Assembly: GCA_964016885.1 (NCBI GenBank)
Contig: OZ024743.1
Location: forward strand, 142,538,001 to 142,602,000
Direction: 5' to 3'
Length of the DNA stretch: 64,000 nucleotides
DNA from: Eledone cirrhosa
Lineage: Eukaryota
Shown: piece after piece, positions 45,111-60,800 of the stretch
How positions within the stretch are numbered: the stretch's first letter is position 1
Layout: the number at the start of each line of letters is the position of its first letter
Position numbers and translations under genes: made by a program
Notes under the pieces: model-generated
What the model was told of the DNA's origin: nothing
Databases searched by the model: none
The model's input: only the letters and a program-made list of their open reading frames with translations

Positions 45111-48100
45111 CCAAGCACCAAGCACCAAACAACAAGCACCAAGCACCAAGCACCAGTCACCAAGCACCAAGCACCAAACACAAAACACCAAGCACCAAGC
45201 ACCACACACCAAGCATCAAACACCAAACACCAAATACCAAGCACCAAACACCAAACACCAAGCACTAAGCACCAAGCACCAAACTCCATGCACCCAGCAC
45301 CAAACACCAAACACCAAGCACCAAGCACCAAACACCAAACACCAAGCACCAAGCACCAAGCACCAAACACCAAACACCAAGCACCAAACACCAGACACCA
45401 AGCAGCAAACACCAAACACCAAGCACCAAGCACCAAACACCATACAACAAGCACCAGGCACCAAGCACCAAACACCAAACACCAAGCACCAAGCACCAAG
45501 CACCAAACACCAAACACCAAACACCAAACAGCAAACACCAAACACCAAACAGCAAAAACCAAATACGAAACAGCAAACACCATACAACAAACACCAAACA
45601 CCAAAAAGCAGACACCAAACAGCAAACACCAAACACCAAACACCAAAGACCAAACACCAAGCACCAAGCACCAACCACCAAACCCCAAGCACCAAGCACC
45701 AAGCACCATACACCAAGCACCAAACACCAAACACCAAACACCATGCACCAAAGACCAAGCACCAAGCACCAAGCACCAAACAACAAGCACCAAGCACCAA
45801 GCACCAAACACCAAGCACCAAGCACCAAACACCAACCACCCAGCACCAAGCACCAAGCACCATACACCAAGCACCAAACACCAAACACCAAACACCAGGC
45901 ACCAAGCACCAAGCACCAACTACCAAGCCCCAAGCAGAAGCACCAAACACCAAGCACCAAGCACCAAACACCAAGCCCCAAGCACCAAGCACCAAACACC
46001 AAACACCAAGCACCAAGCACCAAACACGAAACACCAAGCACCAAACACCAAACACCAAGCACCAAGGACCCAACATCAAACACCAAGCACCAAGCACCAA
46101 ACACCAAACACCAAGCCCCAAGCACCAAGCACCAAGCACCGAACACCAAGCCCCAAACACCAAGCACCAAACACCAAGCACCAAACACCAAGCACCAAAC
46201 ACCAAACACTAAGTCCCATGCACCAAGCACCAAACACCAAACAGCAAGCACCAAGCACCAAACACCAAGCACCAAGCACCAAGCCCCTAGCACCAAACAC
46301 CAAACACCAAGCACCAAGCACAAAACACCAAGCACCAATCACCAAGCACCAAACACCAAGCAGCAAGCAGCAAGCACCAAACACCAAACACCAAGCACCA
46401 AGCAAAAAACACCAAACACCAAGCACCAAGGACCAAACATCAAACACCAAGCACCAAGCACCAAACACCTAAAACCAAGCACCAAGCACCAAGCACCAAA
46501 CACCAAGCACCAAACACCAAGCACCAAGCACCAAACACCAAGCACCAAGCACCAAGCACCAAGCACCAAGCACCAAACACCAAGCACCAAGCACCAAACA
46601 CCAAACCCCAAGCACCAAACATCAAACCGCAAGCACCAAGCACCAAACACTAATCACCAAGCACCAAGCACCAAACAACAAGCACCAAGCACCAAGCACC
46701 AGGCACCAAGCACCAAGCACCAAACACAAAACACCAAGCACCAGCACCAAGCAGCAAACACCAAGCATCAAACACCAAACACCAAACACCAAGCACCAAA
46801 CACCAAGCACCAAGCACCAAACACCAAACACCAAGCACCAAGCACCAAGCACCAAACACCAGACATCAAGCACCAAACACCAGATACCAAGCACCAAGCA
46901 CCAAGCACCAAACACCAAACAATAAGCAGCAGGCACCAAGCTCCAAACACCAAACACCAAGCACCAAGCACCAAACACCAAACACCAAGCACGCAACATC
47001 AAACACCAAGCACCAAACACCAAGCACCAAGCACCAAGCACCAAGTACCAAACACCAAACACCAAGCACCAAACACCAAACACCAAGCACCAAGCACCAA
47101 GCACGAAACACCAGGCACCAAGCACCAAGCACCAAACTCCAAACACCAAGCACCAAGCACCAGCCACCAAGCACCAAGCACCAAACACCAAACACCAAGC
47201 ACTAAGCACCAAACAACAAGCACCAGGCACCAAGCACCAAACACCAAACACCAAGCACGCAGCACCAAACACCAAGCACCAAGCACCAAGCACCAAACAC
47301 CAAGCACCAAGCACCAAACACCAAACACCAAACACCAAGCACCAAGAACCAAACAACAAACACCAAACAGCAAGCACCAAGCACCAAACACCAAGCACCA
47401 AACAGCAAACCCCAAGCACCAATAACCAAACACTAGTCACCAAGCACCAAGCACCAAACACCAAGCACCAAGCAGCAATCACCAAACACCAAGCACCAAG
47501 CACCAAGCACCAAGAACCAAGCACCAAACACCAAGCACCAAGCACCAAACACCAAACCCCAAGCACCAAAGACCAAGCAACAAGCACCAAGGACCAAACA
47601 CCAAGCACCAAGCACCAAGCACCAAACACCAGGCACCAAGCACCAAACACCCAGCACCAAGCACCAAGCACCAAACACCAAGCACCAAGCACCAAACACC
47701 AAACACCAAACACCAAGCACCAAGCACCAAACAGCAAGCACCAAACACCAAACACCAAACAGCAAACACCAAACAGCAAACACCAAACACAAAACAGCAA
47801 ACAGCAAACGCCAAACACCAAACACCAAGCACCAAGCACCAAACACCAAGCACCAAGCACCAAACACCAAGCACCAAGCACCAAGCACCAAACACCAAGC
47901 ACCAAGCACCAAACACCAAACCCCAAGCACCAAACACCAAACCGCAAGCACCAAGCACCAAACACTAATCACCAAGCACCAAGCACCAAACAACAAGCAC
48001 CAAGCACCAAGCACCAGGCACCAAGCACCAAGCACCAAACACCAAGCACCAAGCAACAAGCCCCTAGCACCAAACACCAAGCAGCAAGCAGCCAGCAGCA

Positions 48101-50789
48101 AACACCAAGCATCAAACACCAAACACCAAACACCAAGCACCAAACACCAAGCACCATGCACCAAACACCAAACACTAAGCACCAAACACCAAACATCAAG
48201 CACCTAACACCAGATACCAAGCACCAAGCACCAAGCACCAAACACCAAACACCAAGCACCAAGCGCCATACACCAAACAACAAGCACCAGGCACCAAGCT
48301 CCAAACACCAAACACCAAGCACCAAGCACCAAACACCAAACACCAAGCACGCAGCATCAAACACCAAACACAAAACACCAAGCACCAAGCACCAAGCAGC
48401 AAACACCAAGCATCAAACACCAAACACCAAACACCAAGCACCAAGCACCAAGCACCAAGCACCAAACACCAAACACCAAGCACCAAGCACCAAAAACCAA
48501 ACACCAAGCACCAAGAACCTAACATCAAACACCAATCACCAAGCACCAAACACCTAACACCAAGCACCAAGCACCAAGCACCAAGCACCAAACACCAAGC
48601 ACCAAACACAAAGCACCAAGCACCAAACACCAAGCACCAAGCACCAAACACCTAACACCAAGCACCAAGCACCAAGCACCAAGCACCAAACACCAAACAC
48701 CAAGCACCAAGCACCAAACACCAAACACCAAGCACCAAGAACCTAACATCAAACACCAATCACCAAGCACCAAACACCTAACACCAAGCACCAAGCACCA
48801 AGCACCAAACACCAAGCACCAAACACAAAGCACCAAACACTAATCACCAAGCACCAAGCACCAAACACCAAGCACGCAGCACCAAACACCAAGCACCAAG
48901 CACCAAGCACCAAACACCAAGCACCAAGCACCAAGCACCAGACACCAAACACCAAACACCAAGCACCAAGAACCAAACACCAAACACCAAACAGCAAGCA
49001 CCAAGCACCAAACACCAAGCACCAAACAGCAAACCCCAAGCACCAATCACCAAACACTAATCACCAAGCACCAAGCACCAAACACCAAGCACCAAGCAGC
49101 AATCACCAAACACCAAGCACCAAGCACCAAGAACCAAGCACCAAACACCAAGCACCAAGCACCAAACACCAAAACCCAAGCACCAAAGACCAAGCACCAA
49201 GCACCAAGGACCAAACACCAAGCACCAAGCACCAAGCACCAAACACCAAGCACCAAGCACCAAACACACAGCACCAAGCACCAAGCACCAAACACCAAGC
49301 ACCAAGCACAAAACACCAAACACCAAACACCAAGCACCAAGCACCAAACAGCAAGCACCAAACAGCAAACAGCAAACAGCAAACGCCAAACACCAAACAC
49401 CAAGCACCAAGCACCAAACACCAAGCACCAAGCACCAAACACCAAGCACCAAGCACCAAGCACCAAACCCCAAGCACCAAACACCAAACCGCAAGCACCA
49501 AGCACCAAACACTAATCACCAAGCACCAAGCACCAAACAACAAGCACCAAGCACCAAGCACCAGGCACCAAGCACCAATCACCAAACACAAAACACCAAG
49601 CACCAAACACCAAACATCAAGCACCAAACACCAGATACCAAGCACCAAGCACCAAGCACCAAACACCAAACACCAAGCACCAAGCACCAAACACCAAACA
49701 ACAAGCACCAGGCACCGAGCTCCAAACGCCAAACACCAAGCACCAAGCACCAAACACCAAACACCAAGCAGGCAGCATCAAACACCAAGCACCAAACACC
49801 AAGCACCAAGCACCAAGCACCAAGTACCAAACACCAAACACCAAGCACCAAACACCAAACACCAAGCACCAAGCACCAAGCACGAAACACCAGGCACCAA
49901 GCACTAAGCACCAAACTCCAAACACCAAGCACCAAACACCAGCCACCAAGCACCAAGCACCAAACACCAAACACCAAGCACTAAGCACCAAACACCAAAC
50001 AACAAGCACCAGGCACCAAGCACCAAACACCAAACACCAAGCACGCAGCACCAAACACCAAGCACCAAGCACCAAGCACCAAACACCAAGCACCAAACAC
50101 CAAACATCAAGCACCAAACACCAGATACCAAGCACCAAGTACCATGCACCAAACACCAAACACCAAGCACCAAGCGCCAAACACCAAACAACAAGCACCA
50201 GGCACCAAGCTCCAAACACCAAACACCAAGCACCAAGCACCAAACACCAAACACCAAGCACGCAGCATCAAACACCAAGCACCAAACACCAAGCACCAAG
50301 CACCAAGCACCAAGTACCAAACACCAAACACCAAGCACCAAACACCAAACACCAAGCACCAAGCACCAAGCACGAAACACCAGGCACCAAGCACCAAGCA
50401 CCGAACTCCAAACACCAAGCACCAAACACCAGCCACCAAGCACCAAGCACCAAACACCAAACACCAAGCACTAAGCACCAAACACCAAACAACAAGCACC
50501 AGGCACCAAGCACCAAACACCAAACACCAAGCCCGCAGCACCAAACACCAAGCACCAAGCACCAAGCACCAAACACCAAGCACCAAGCACCAAGCACCAA
50601 ACACCAAACACCAAACACCAAGCACCAAGAACCAAACACCAAACACCAAACACCAAGCACTAAGCACCAAACACCAAGCCCCAAACACCAAACCCCAAGC
50701 ACCAAGCGCCAAACACCAAACAACAAGCACCAGGCACCGAGTTCCAAACGCCAAACACCAAGCACCAAGCACCAAACACCAAACACCAA

Positions 50790-53700
50790 GCAGGCAGCAT
50801 CAAACACCAAGCACCAAACACCAAGCACCAAGCACCAAGCACCAAGTACCAAACACCAAACACCAAGCACCAAACACAAAACACCAAGCACCAAGCACCA
50901 AGCACGAAACACCAGGCACCAAGCACCAAGCACCAAACTCCAAACACCAAGCACCAAACACCAGCCACCAAGCACCAAGCACCAAACACCAAACACCAAG
51001 CACTAAGCACCAAACACCAAACAACAAGCACCAGGCACCAATCACCAAACACTACTAACCAAGCACCAAGCACCAAACACCAAGCACCAAGCAGCAAGCA
51101 CCAAACACCAAGCACCAAGCACCAAGCACCAAGCACCAAACACCAAGCACCAAGCACCAAACACCAAAACCCAAGCACCAAAGACCATGCACCAAGCACC
51201 AAGGACCAAACACCAAGCACCAATCAGCAAGCACCAAGCACCAAGCACCAAACACCCAGCACCAAGCACCAAGCACCAAACACCAAGCATCAAACACCAT
51301 ACACCAAGCACCAAGCACCAAACAGCAAGCACCAAACACCAAACACCAAACAGCAAACACCAAACAGCAAACACCAAACAGCAAACAGCAAACAGGAAAC
51401 GCCAAACACCAAGCACCAAGCACCAAGCACCAAGCACAAACCACCAAGCACCAAGCACACAACACCAAACACCAAGCACCAAGGACCAAACATCAAACAC
51501 CAAGCACCAAGCACCAAACACCAAACACCAAGCACCAAGCACCAAGCACCAAGCACCGAACACCAAGTACCAAACACCAAACACCAAACACCAAGCATCA
51601 AACACCAAATACCAAGCACCAGGCACCAAGCACCAAACACCAAGCACCAAACACCAAGCACCAAGCACCAAACACTAATCACCAAGCACCAAGCACCAAA
51701 CAACAAGCACCAAGCACCAAGCACCAGTCACCAAGCACCAAGCACCAAACACAAAACACCAAGCACCAAGCACCACACACCAAGCATCAAACACCAAACA
51801 GCAAATACCAAGCACCAAACACCAAACACCAAGCACTAAGCACCAAACTCCATGCACCCAGCACCAAACACCAAGCACCAAGCACCAAACACCAAACACC
51901 AAGCACCAAGCACCAAGCACCAAACACCAAACACCAAGCACCAAACACCAGACACCAAGCAGCAAACACCAAACACCAAGCACCAAGCACCAAACACCAA
52001 ACACCAAGCACCAAACACCAGACACCAAGCAGCAAACACCAAACACCAAGCACGAAGCACCAAACACCAAGCACCAAGCACCAAACGCCAAACACCAAGC
52101 ACCAAGCACCAAGCACCAAACACCAAACACCAAACACCAAACAGCAAACACCAAACACCAAACAGCAAAAACCAAATACGAAACAGCAAACACCATACAC
52201 CAAACACCAAACACCAAAAAGCAGACACCAAACAGCAAACACCAAACACCAAACACCAAACACCAAACACCAAGCACCAACCACCAAACCCCAAGCACCA
52301 ATCACGAAGCACCAAGCACCAATCGCCAAACACGAAACACCATGCACCAAAGACCAAGCACCAAGCACCAAGCACCAAACAACAAGCACCAAGCACCAAG
52401 CACCAAACACCAAGCACCAAGCACCAAACACCAATCACCCAGCACCAAGCACCAAGCACCATACACCAAGCACCAAACACCAAACACCAGGCACCAAGCA
52501 CCAAGCACCAACTACCAAGCCCCAAGCAGAAGCACCAAACACCAAGCACCAAGCACCAAACACCAAGCCCCAAGCACCAAGCACCAAACACCAAACACCA
52601 AGCACCAAGCACCAAACACCAAACACCAAGCACCAAACACCAAACACCAAGCACCAAGGACCCAACATCAAACACCAAGCACCAAGCACCAAACACCAAA
52701 CACCAAGCCCCAAGCACCAAGCACCAAGCCCCGAACACCAAGCCCCAAACACCAAGCACCAAACACCAAGCACCAAACACCAAGCACCAAGCACCAAGCA
52801 CCAAACACCAAACACCAAGCAAGCAGCATCAAACACCAAGCACCAAACACCAAGCACCAAGCACCAAGCACCAAGTACCAAACACCAAACACCAAGCACC
52901 AAACACAAAACACCAAACACCAAGCACCAAGCACGAAACACCAGGCACCAAGCACCAAGCACCAAACTCCAAACACCAAGCACCAAACACCAGCCACCAA
53001 GCACCAAGCACCAAACACCAAACACCAAGCACTAAGCACCAAACACCAAACAACAAGCACCAGGCACCAATCACCAAACACTACTAACCAAGCACCAAGC
53101 ACCAAACACCAAGCACCAAGCAGCAAGCACCAAACACCAAGCACCAAGCACCAAGCACCAAGCACCAAACACCAAGCACCAAGCACCAAACACCAAAACC
53201 CAAGCACCAAAGACCATGCACCAAGCACCAAGGACCAAACACCAAGCACCAATCAGCAAGCACCAAGCACCAAGCACCAAACACCCAGCACCAAGCACCA
53301 AGCACCAAACACCAAGCATCAAACACCATACACCAAGCACCAAGCACCAAACAGCAAGCACCAAACACCAAACACCAAACAGCAAACACCAAACAGCAAA
53401 CACCAAACAGCAAACAGCAAACAGGAAACGCCAAACACCAAGCACCAAGCACCAAGCACCAAGCACAAACCACCAAGCACCAAGCACACAACACCAAACA
53501 CCAAGCACCAAGGACCAAACATCAAACACCAAGCACCAAGCACCAAACACCAAACACCAAGCACCAAGCACCAAGCACCAAGCACCGAACACCAAGTACC
53601 AAACACCAAACACCAAACACCAAGCATCAAACACCAAATACCAAGCACCAGGCACCAAGCACCAAACACCAAGCACCAAACACCAAGCACCAAGCACCAA

Positions 53701-54830
53701 ACACTAATCACCAAGCACCAAGCACCAAACAACAAGCACCAAGCACCAAGCACCAGTCACCAAGCACCAAGCACCAAACACAAAACACCAAGCACCAAGC
53801 ACCACACACCAAGCATCAAACACCAAACACCAAATACCAAGCACCAAACACCAAACACCAAGCACTAAGCACCAAACTCCATGCACCCAGCACCAAACAC
53901 CAAACACCAAGCACCAAGCACCAAACACCAAACACCAAGCACCAAGCACCAAGCACCAAACACCAAACACCAAGCACCAAACACCAGACACCAAGCAGCA
54001 AACACCAAACACCAAGCACCAAGCACCAAACACCAAACACCAAGCACCAAACACCAGACACCAAGCAGCAAACACCAAACACCAAGCACGAAGCACCAAA
54101 CACCAAGCACCAAGCACCAAACGCCAAACACCAAGCACCAAGCACCAAGCACCAAACACCAAACACCAAACACCAAACAGCAAACACCAAACACCAAACA
54201 GCAAAAACCAAATACGAAACAGCAAACACCATACACCAAACACCAAACACCAAAAAGCAGACACCAAACAGCAAACACCAAACACCAAACACCAAACACC
54301 AAACACCAAGCACCAACCACCAAACCCCAAGCACCAATCACGAAGCACCAAGCACCAAGCGCCAAACACGAAACACCATGCACCAAAGACCAAGCACCAA
54401 GCACCAAGCACCAAACAACAAGCACCAAGCACCAAGCACCAAACACCAAGCACCAAGCACCAAACACCAACCACCCAGCACCAAGCACCAAGCACCATAC
54501 ACCAAGCACCAAACACCAGACACCAGGCACCAAGCACCAAGCACCAACTACCAAGCCCCAAGCAGAAGCACCAAACACCAAGCACCAAGCACCAAACACC
54601 AAGCCCCAAGCACCAAGCACCAAACACCAAACACCAAGCACCAAGCACCAAACACCAAACACCAAGCACCAAACACCAAACACCAAGCACCAAGGACCCA
54701 ACATCAAACACCAAGCACCAAGCACCAAACACCAAACACCAAGCCCCAAGCACCAAGCACCAAGCCCCGAACACCAAGCCCCAAACACCAAGCACCAAAC
54801 ACCAAGCACCAAACACCAAGCACCAAACAC
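50790..54830. repeat. Tandem duplication, 2029-2036-bp unit (junction ~52815)
   Basis: Matching ORFs 51042/53071, 51187/53216, 51290/53319 (offset 2029) and 52342/54378 (2036). Private marker CTACTAACC at 51052/53081. Confidence 0.92.
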
Positions 54831-57800
54831 CAAACACTAAGTCCCACGCACCAAGCACCAAACACCAAACAGCAAGCACCAAGCACCAAACACCAAGCAC
54901 CAAGGACCAAACATCAAACACCAAGCCCCTAGCACCAAACACCAAACACCAAGCACCAAGCACAAAACACCAAGCACCAATCACCAAGCACCAAACACCA
55001 AGCACCAAGGACCAAACATCAAACACCAAGCACCAAGCACCAAACACCTAACACCAAGCACCAAGCACCAAGCACCAAGCACCAAACACCAAGCACCAAA
55101 CACCAAGCACCAAGCACCAAAGACCAAGCACCAAGCACCAAGCACCAAGCACCAATCACCAAACACCAAGCACCAAGCACCAAACACCAAACCCCAAGCA
55201 CCAAACATCAAACCGCAAGCACCAAGCACCAAACACTAATCACCAAGCACCAAGCACCAAACAACAAGCACCAAGCACCAAGCACCAGGCACCAAGCACC
55301 AAGCACCAAACACAAAACACCAAGCACCAAGCACCAAGCAGCAAACACCAAGCATCAAACACCAAACACCAAACACCAAGCACCAAACACCAAGCACCAA
55401 GCACCAAACACCAAGCACCAAGCACCAAACACCAAACACCAAACACCAAGCACCAAGAACCAAACACCAAACACCAAACAGCAAGCACCAAGCACCAAAC
55501 ACCAAGCACCAAACAGCAAACCCCAAGCACCAATCACCAAACACTAGTCACCAAGCACCAAACACCAAACACCAAGCCCCAAGCACCAAGCACCAAGCCC
55601 CGAACACCAAGCCCCAAACACCAAGCACCAAGAACCAAGCACCAAACACCAAGCACCAAGCACCAAACACCAAAACCCAAGCACCAAAGACCAAGCACCA
55701 AGCACCAAGGACCAAACACCAAGCACCAAGCACCAAGCACCAAACACCAAGCACCAAGCACCAAACACCCAGCACCAAGCACCAAGCACCAAACACCAAG
55801 CACCAAGCACCAACCACAAAACACCAAACACCAAGCACCAAGCACCAAACAGCAAACACCAAACACCAAACAGCAAACAGCAAACGCCAAACACCAAACA
55901 CCAAGCACCAAGCACCAAACACCAAGCACCAAGCACCAAACACCAGGCACCAAGCACCAAGCACCAAACACCAAGCACCAAGCACCAAACACCAAACCCC
56001 AAGCACCAAACACCAAACCGCAAGCACCAAGCACCAAACACTAATCACCAAGCACCAAGCACCAAACAACAAGCACCAAGCACCAAGCACCAGGCACCAA
56101 GCACCAAGCACCAAACACCAAGCACCAAGCACCAAGCCCCTAGCACCAAACACCAAGCAGCAAGCAGCCAGCAGCAAACACCAAGCATCAAACACCAAAC
56201 ACCAAACACCAAGCACCAAACACCAAGCACCATGCACCAAACACCAAACACCAAGCACCAAACACCAAACATCAAGCACCTAACACCAGATACCAAGCAC
56301 CAAGCACCATGCACCAAACACCAAACACCAAGCACCAAGCGCCAAACACCAAACAACAAGCACCAGGCACCAAGCTCCAAACACCAAACACCAAGCACCA
56401 AGCACCAAACACCAAACACCAAGCACGCAGCATCAAACACCAAACACAAAACACCAAGCACCAAGCACCAAGCAGCAAACACCAAGCATCAAACACCAAA
56501 CACCAAACACCAAGCACCAAACACCAAGCACCAAGCACCAAACACCAAACACCAAGCACCAAACACCAAACATCAAGCACCAAACACCAGATACCAAGCA
56601 CCAAGCACCAAGCACCAAACACCAAACACCAAGCACCAAGCGCCAAACACCAACCAACAAGCACCAGGCACCAAGCTCCAAACACCAAACACCAAGCACC
56701 AAGCACCAAACACCAAACACCAAGCACGCAGCATCAAACACCAAGCACCAAACACCAAGCACCAAGCACCAAGCACCAAACACCAACCACCAAGCACCAA
56801 GCACACAACACCAAACACCAAGCACCAAGGCCCAAACATCAAACACCAAGCACCAAGCACCAAGCACCGAACACCAAGTACCAAACACCAAACACAAAAC
56901 ACCAAGCATCAAACACCAAACACCAAGCACCAGGCACCAAGCACCAAACACCAAGCACCAAACACCAAGCACCAAGCACCAAACACTAATCACCAAGCAC
57001 CAAGCACCAAACAACAAGCACCAAGCACCAAGCACCAGTCACCAAGCACCAAGCACCAAACACAAAACACCAAGCACCAAGCACCACACACCAAGCATCA
57101 AACACCAAACACCAAATACCAAGCACCAAACACCAAACACCAAGCACTAAGCACCAAGCACCAAACTCCATGCACCCAGCACCAAACACCAAACAACAAG
57201 CAACAAGCACCAAACACCAAACACCAAGCACCAAGCACCAAGCACCAAACACCAAACACCAAGCACCAAACACCAGACACCAAGCAGCAAACACCAAACA
57301 CCAAGCACCAAGCACCAAACACCATACAACAAGCACCAGGCACCAAGCACCAAACACCAAACACCAAGCACGAAGCACCAAACACCAAGCACCAAGCACC
57401 AAACGCCAAACACCAAGCACCAAGCACCAAGCACCAAACACCAAACACCAAACACCAAACAGCAAACACCAAACACCAAACAGCAAAAACCAAATACGAA
57501 ACAGCAAACACCATACAGCAAACACCAAACACCAAACACCAAACACCAAACACCAAGCACCAAGCAACAACCACCAAACCCCAAGCACCAAGCAACAAAC
57601 ACTAATCACCAAGCACCAAGCACCAAACATCAAGCACCAAGCACTAATCACGAAGCACCAAGCACCAAGCGCCAAACACCAAACACCATGCACCAAAGAC
57701 CAAGCACCAAGCACCAAGCACCAAACAACAAGCACCAAGCACCAAGCACCAAACACCAAGCACCAAGCACCAAACACCAACCACCCAGCACCAAGCACCA

Positions 57801-60800
57801 AGCACCATACACCAAGCACCAAACACGAAACACCAAACACCAGGCACCAAGCACCAAGCACCAACTACCAAGCCCCAAGCAGAAGCACCAAACACCAAGC
57901 ACCAAGCACCAAACACCAAGCCCCAAGCACCAAGCACCAAACACCAAACACCAAACACCAAACACCAAACACCAAACACCAAGCACCAAGGACCCAACAT
58001 CAAACACCAAGCACCAAGCACCAAACACCAAACACCAAGCCCCAAGCACCAAGCACCAAGCACCGAACACCAAGCCCCAAACACCAAGCACCAAACACCA
58101 AGCACCAAACACCAAGCACCAAACACCAAGCACCAAGCACCAAGCACCAAGCCCCTAGCACCAAACACCAAACACCAAGCACCAAGCACAAAACACCAAG
58201 CACCAATCACCAACCACCAAACACCAAGCAGCAAGCAGCAAGCACCAAACACCAAACACCAAGCACCAAGCACCAAGCACCAGACACCAAGCACCAAGCA
58301 CCAAACACCAAGCACCAAGCACCAAGCACCAAACACCAAGCACCAAGCACCAAACACCAAACCCCAAGCACCAAACATCAAACCGCAAGCACCAAGCACC
58401 AGACACTAATCACCAAGCACCAAGCACCAAACACCAAGCACCAAGCACCAAACACAAAACACCAAGCACCAAGCACCAAGCAGCAAACACCAAGCATCAA
58501 ACACCAAACACCAAACACCAAACACCAAGCACGCAGCACCAAACACCAAGCACCAAGCAACAAGCACCAAACACCAAGCACCAAGCACCAAGCACCAAAC
58601 ACCTAACACCAAACACCAAGCACCAAGAACCAAACACCAAACACCAAACAGCAAGCACCAAGCACCAAACACCAAGCACCAAACAGCAAACCCCAAGCAC
58701 CAATCACCAAACACTAATCACCAAGCACCAAGCACCAAACACCAAGCACCAAGCAGCAATCACCAAACACCAAGCACCAAGCACCAAGAACCAAGCACCA
58801 AACACCAAGCACCAAGCACCAAACACCACAACCCAAGCACCAAAGACCAAGCACCAAGCACCAAGGACCAAACACCAAGCACCAAGCACCAAGCACCAAA
58901 CACCAAGCACCAAGCACCAAACACCCAGCACCAAGCACCAAGCACCAAACACCAAGCACCAAGCACCAAGCACCGAACACCAAACACCAAGCACCAAGCA
59001 CCAAACAGCAAGCACCAAACACCAAAAGCCAAACAGCAAACACCAAACAGCAAACACCAAACACCAAACAGCAAACAGCAAACGCCAAACACCAAACACC
59101 AAGCACCAAGCACCAAACACCAAGCACCAAACACCAAGCACCAAGCACCAAGCACCAAACACCAAGCACCAAGCACCAAACACCAAACCCCAAGCACCAA
59201 ACACCAAACCGCAAGCACCAAGCACCAAACACTAATCACCAAGCACCAAGCACCAAACAACAAGCACCAAGCACCAAGCACCAGGCACCAAGCACCAAGC
59301 ACCAAACACCAAGCACCAAGCACCAAGCCCCTAGCACCAAACACCAAGCAGCAAGCAGCAAGCAGCAAACACCAAGCATCAAACACCAAACACCAAACAC
59401 CAAGCACCAAACACCAAGCACCAAGCACCAAACACCAAACACCAAGCACCAAACACCAAACACCAAGCACCAAGCGCCAAACACCAAACAACAAGCACCA
59501 GGCACCAAGCTCCAAACACCAAACACCAAGCACCAAGCACCAAACACCAAACACCAAGCACGCAGCATCAAACACCAAACACAAAACACCAAGCACCAAG
59601 CACCAAGCAGCAAACACCAAGCATCAAACACCAAACAGCAAACACCAAGCACCAAACACCAAGCACCAAGCACCAAACACCAAACACCAAGCACCAAACA
59701 CCAAACATCAAGCACCAAGCGCCAAACACCAAACAACAAGCACCAGGCACCAAGCTCCAAACACCAAACACCAAGCACCAAGCACCAAACACCAAACACC
59801 AAGCACGCAGCATCAAACACCAAGCACCAAACACCAAGCACCAAGCACCAAGCACCAAGTACCAAACACCAAACACCAAGCACCAAACACCAAACACCAA
59901 GCACCAAGCACCAAGCACGAAACACCAGGCACCAAGCACCAAGCACCGAACTCCAAACACCAAGCACCAAACACCAGCCACCAAGCACCAAGCACCAAAC
60001 ACCAAACACCAAGCACTAAGCACCAAACACCAAACAACAAGCACCAGGCACCAAGCACCAAACACCAAACACCAAGCCCGCAGCACCAAACACCAAGCAC
60101 CAAGCACCAAGCACCAAACACCAAGCACCAAGCACCAAGCACCAAACACCAAACACCAAACACCAAGCACCAAGAACCAAACACCAAACACCAAACAGCA
60201 AGCACCAAGCACCAAACACCAAGCCCCAAACACCAAACCCCAAGCACCAATCACCAAACACTAATCACCAAGCACCAAGCACCAAACACCAAGCACCAAG
60301 CAGCAAGCACCAAACACCAAGCACCAAGCACCAAGCACCAAGCACCAAACACCAAGCACCAAGCACCAAACACCAAAACCCAAGCACCAAACACCAAGCA
60401 CCAAGCACCAAGGACCAAACACCAAGCACCAAGCACCAAGCACCAAACACCAAGCACCAAGCACCAAACACCCAGCACCAAGCACCAAGCACCAAACACC
60501 AAGCTCCAAACACCAAACACCAAGCACCAAGCACCAAACAGCAAGCACCAAACACCAAACACCAAACAGCAAACACCAAACAGCAAACACCAAACACCAA
60601 ACAGCAAACAGCAAACGCCAAACACCAAGCACCAAGCACCAAGCACCAAACACCAAGCACCAAGCACCAAGCACACAACACCAAACACCAAGCACCAAGG
60701 ACCAAACATCAAACACCAAGCACCAAGCACCAAGCACCAAACACCAAACACCAAGCACCAAGCACCAAGCACCGAACACCAAGTACCAAACACCAAGCAC

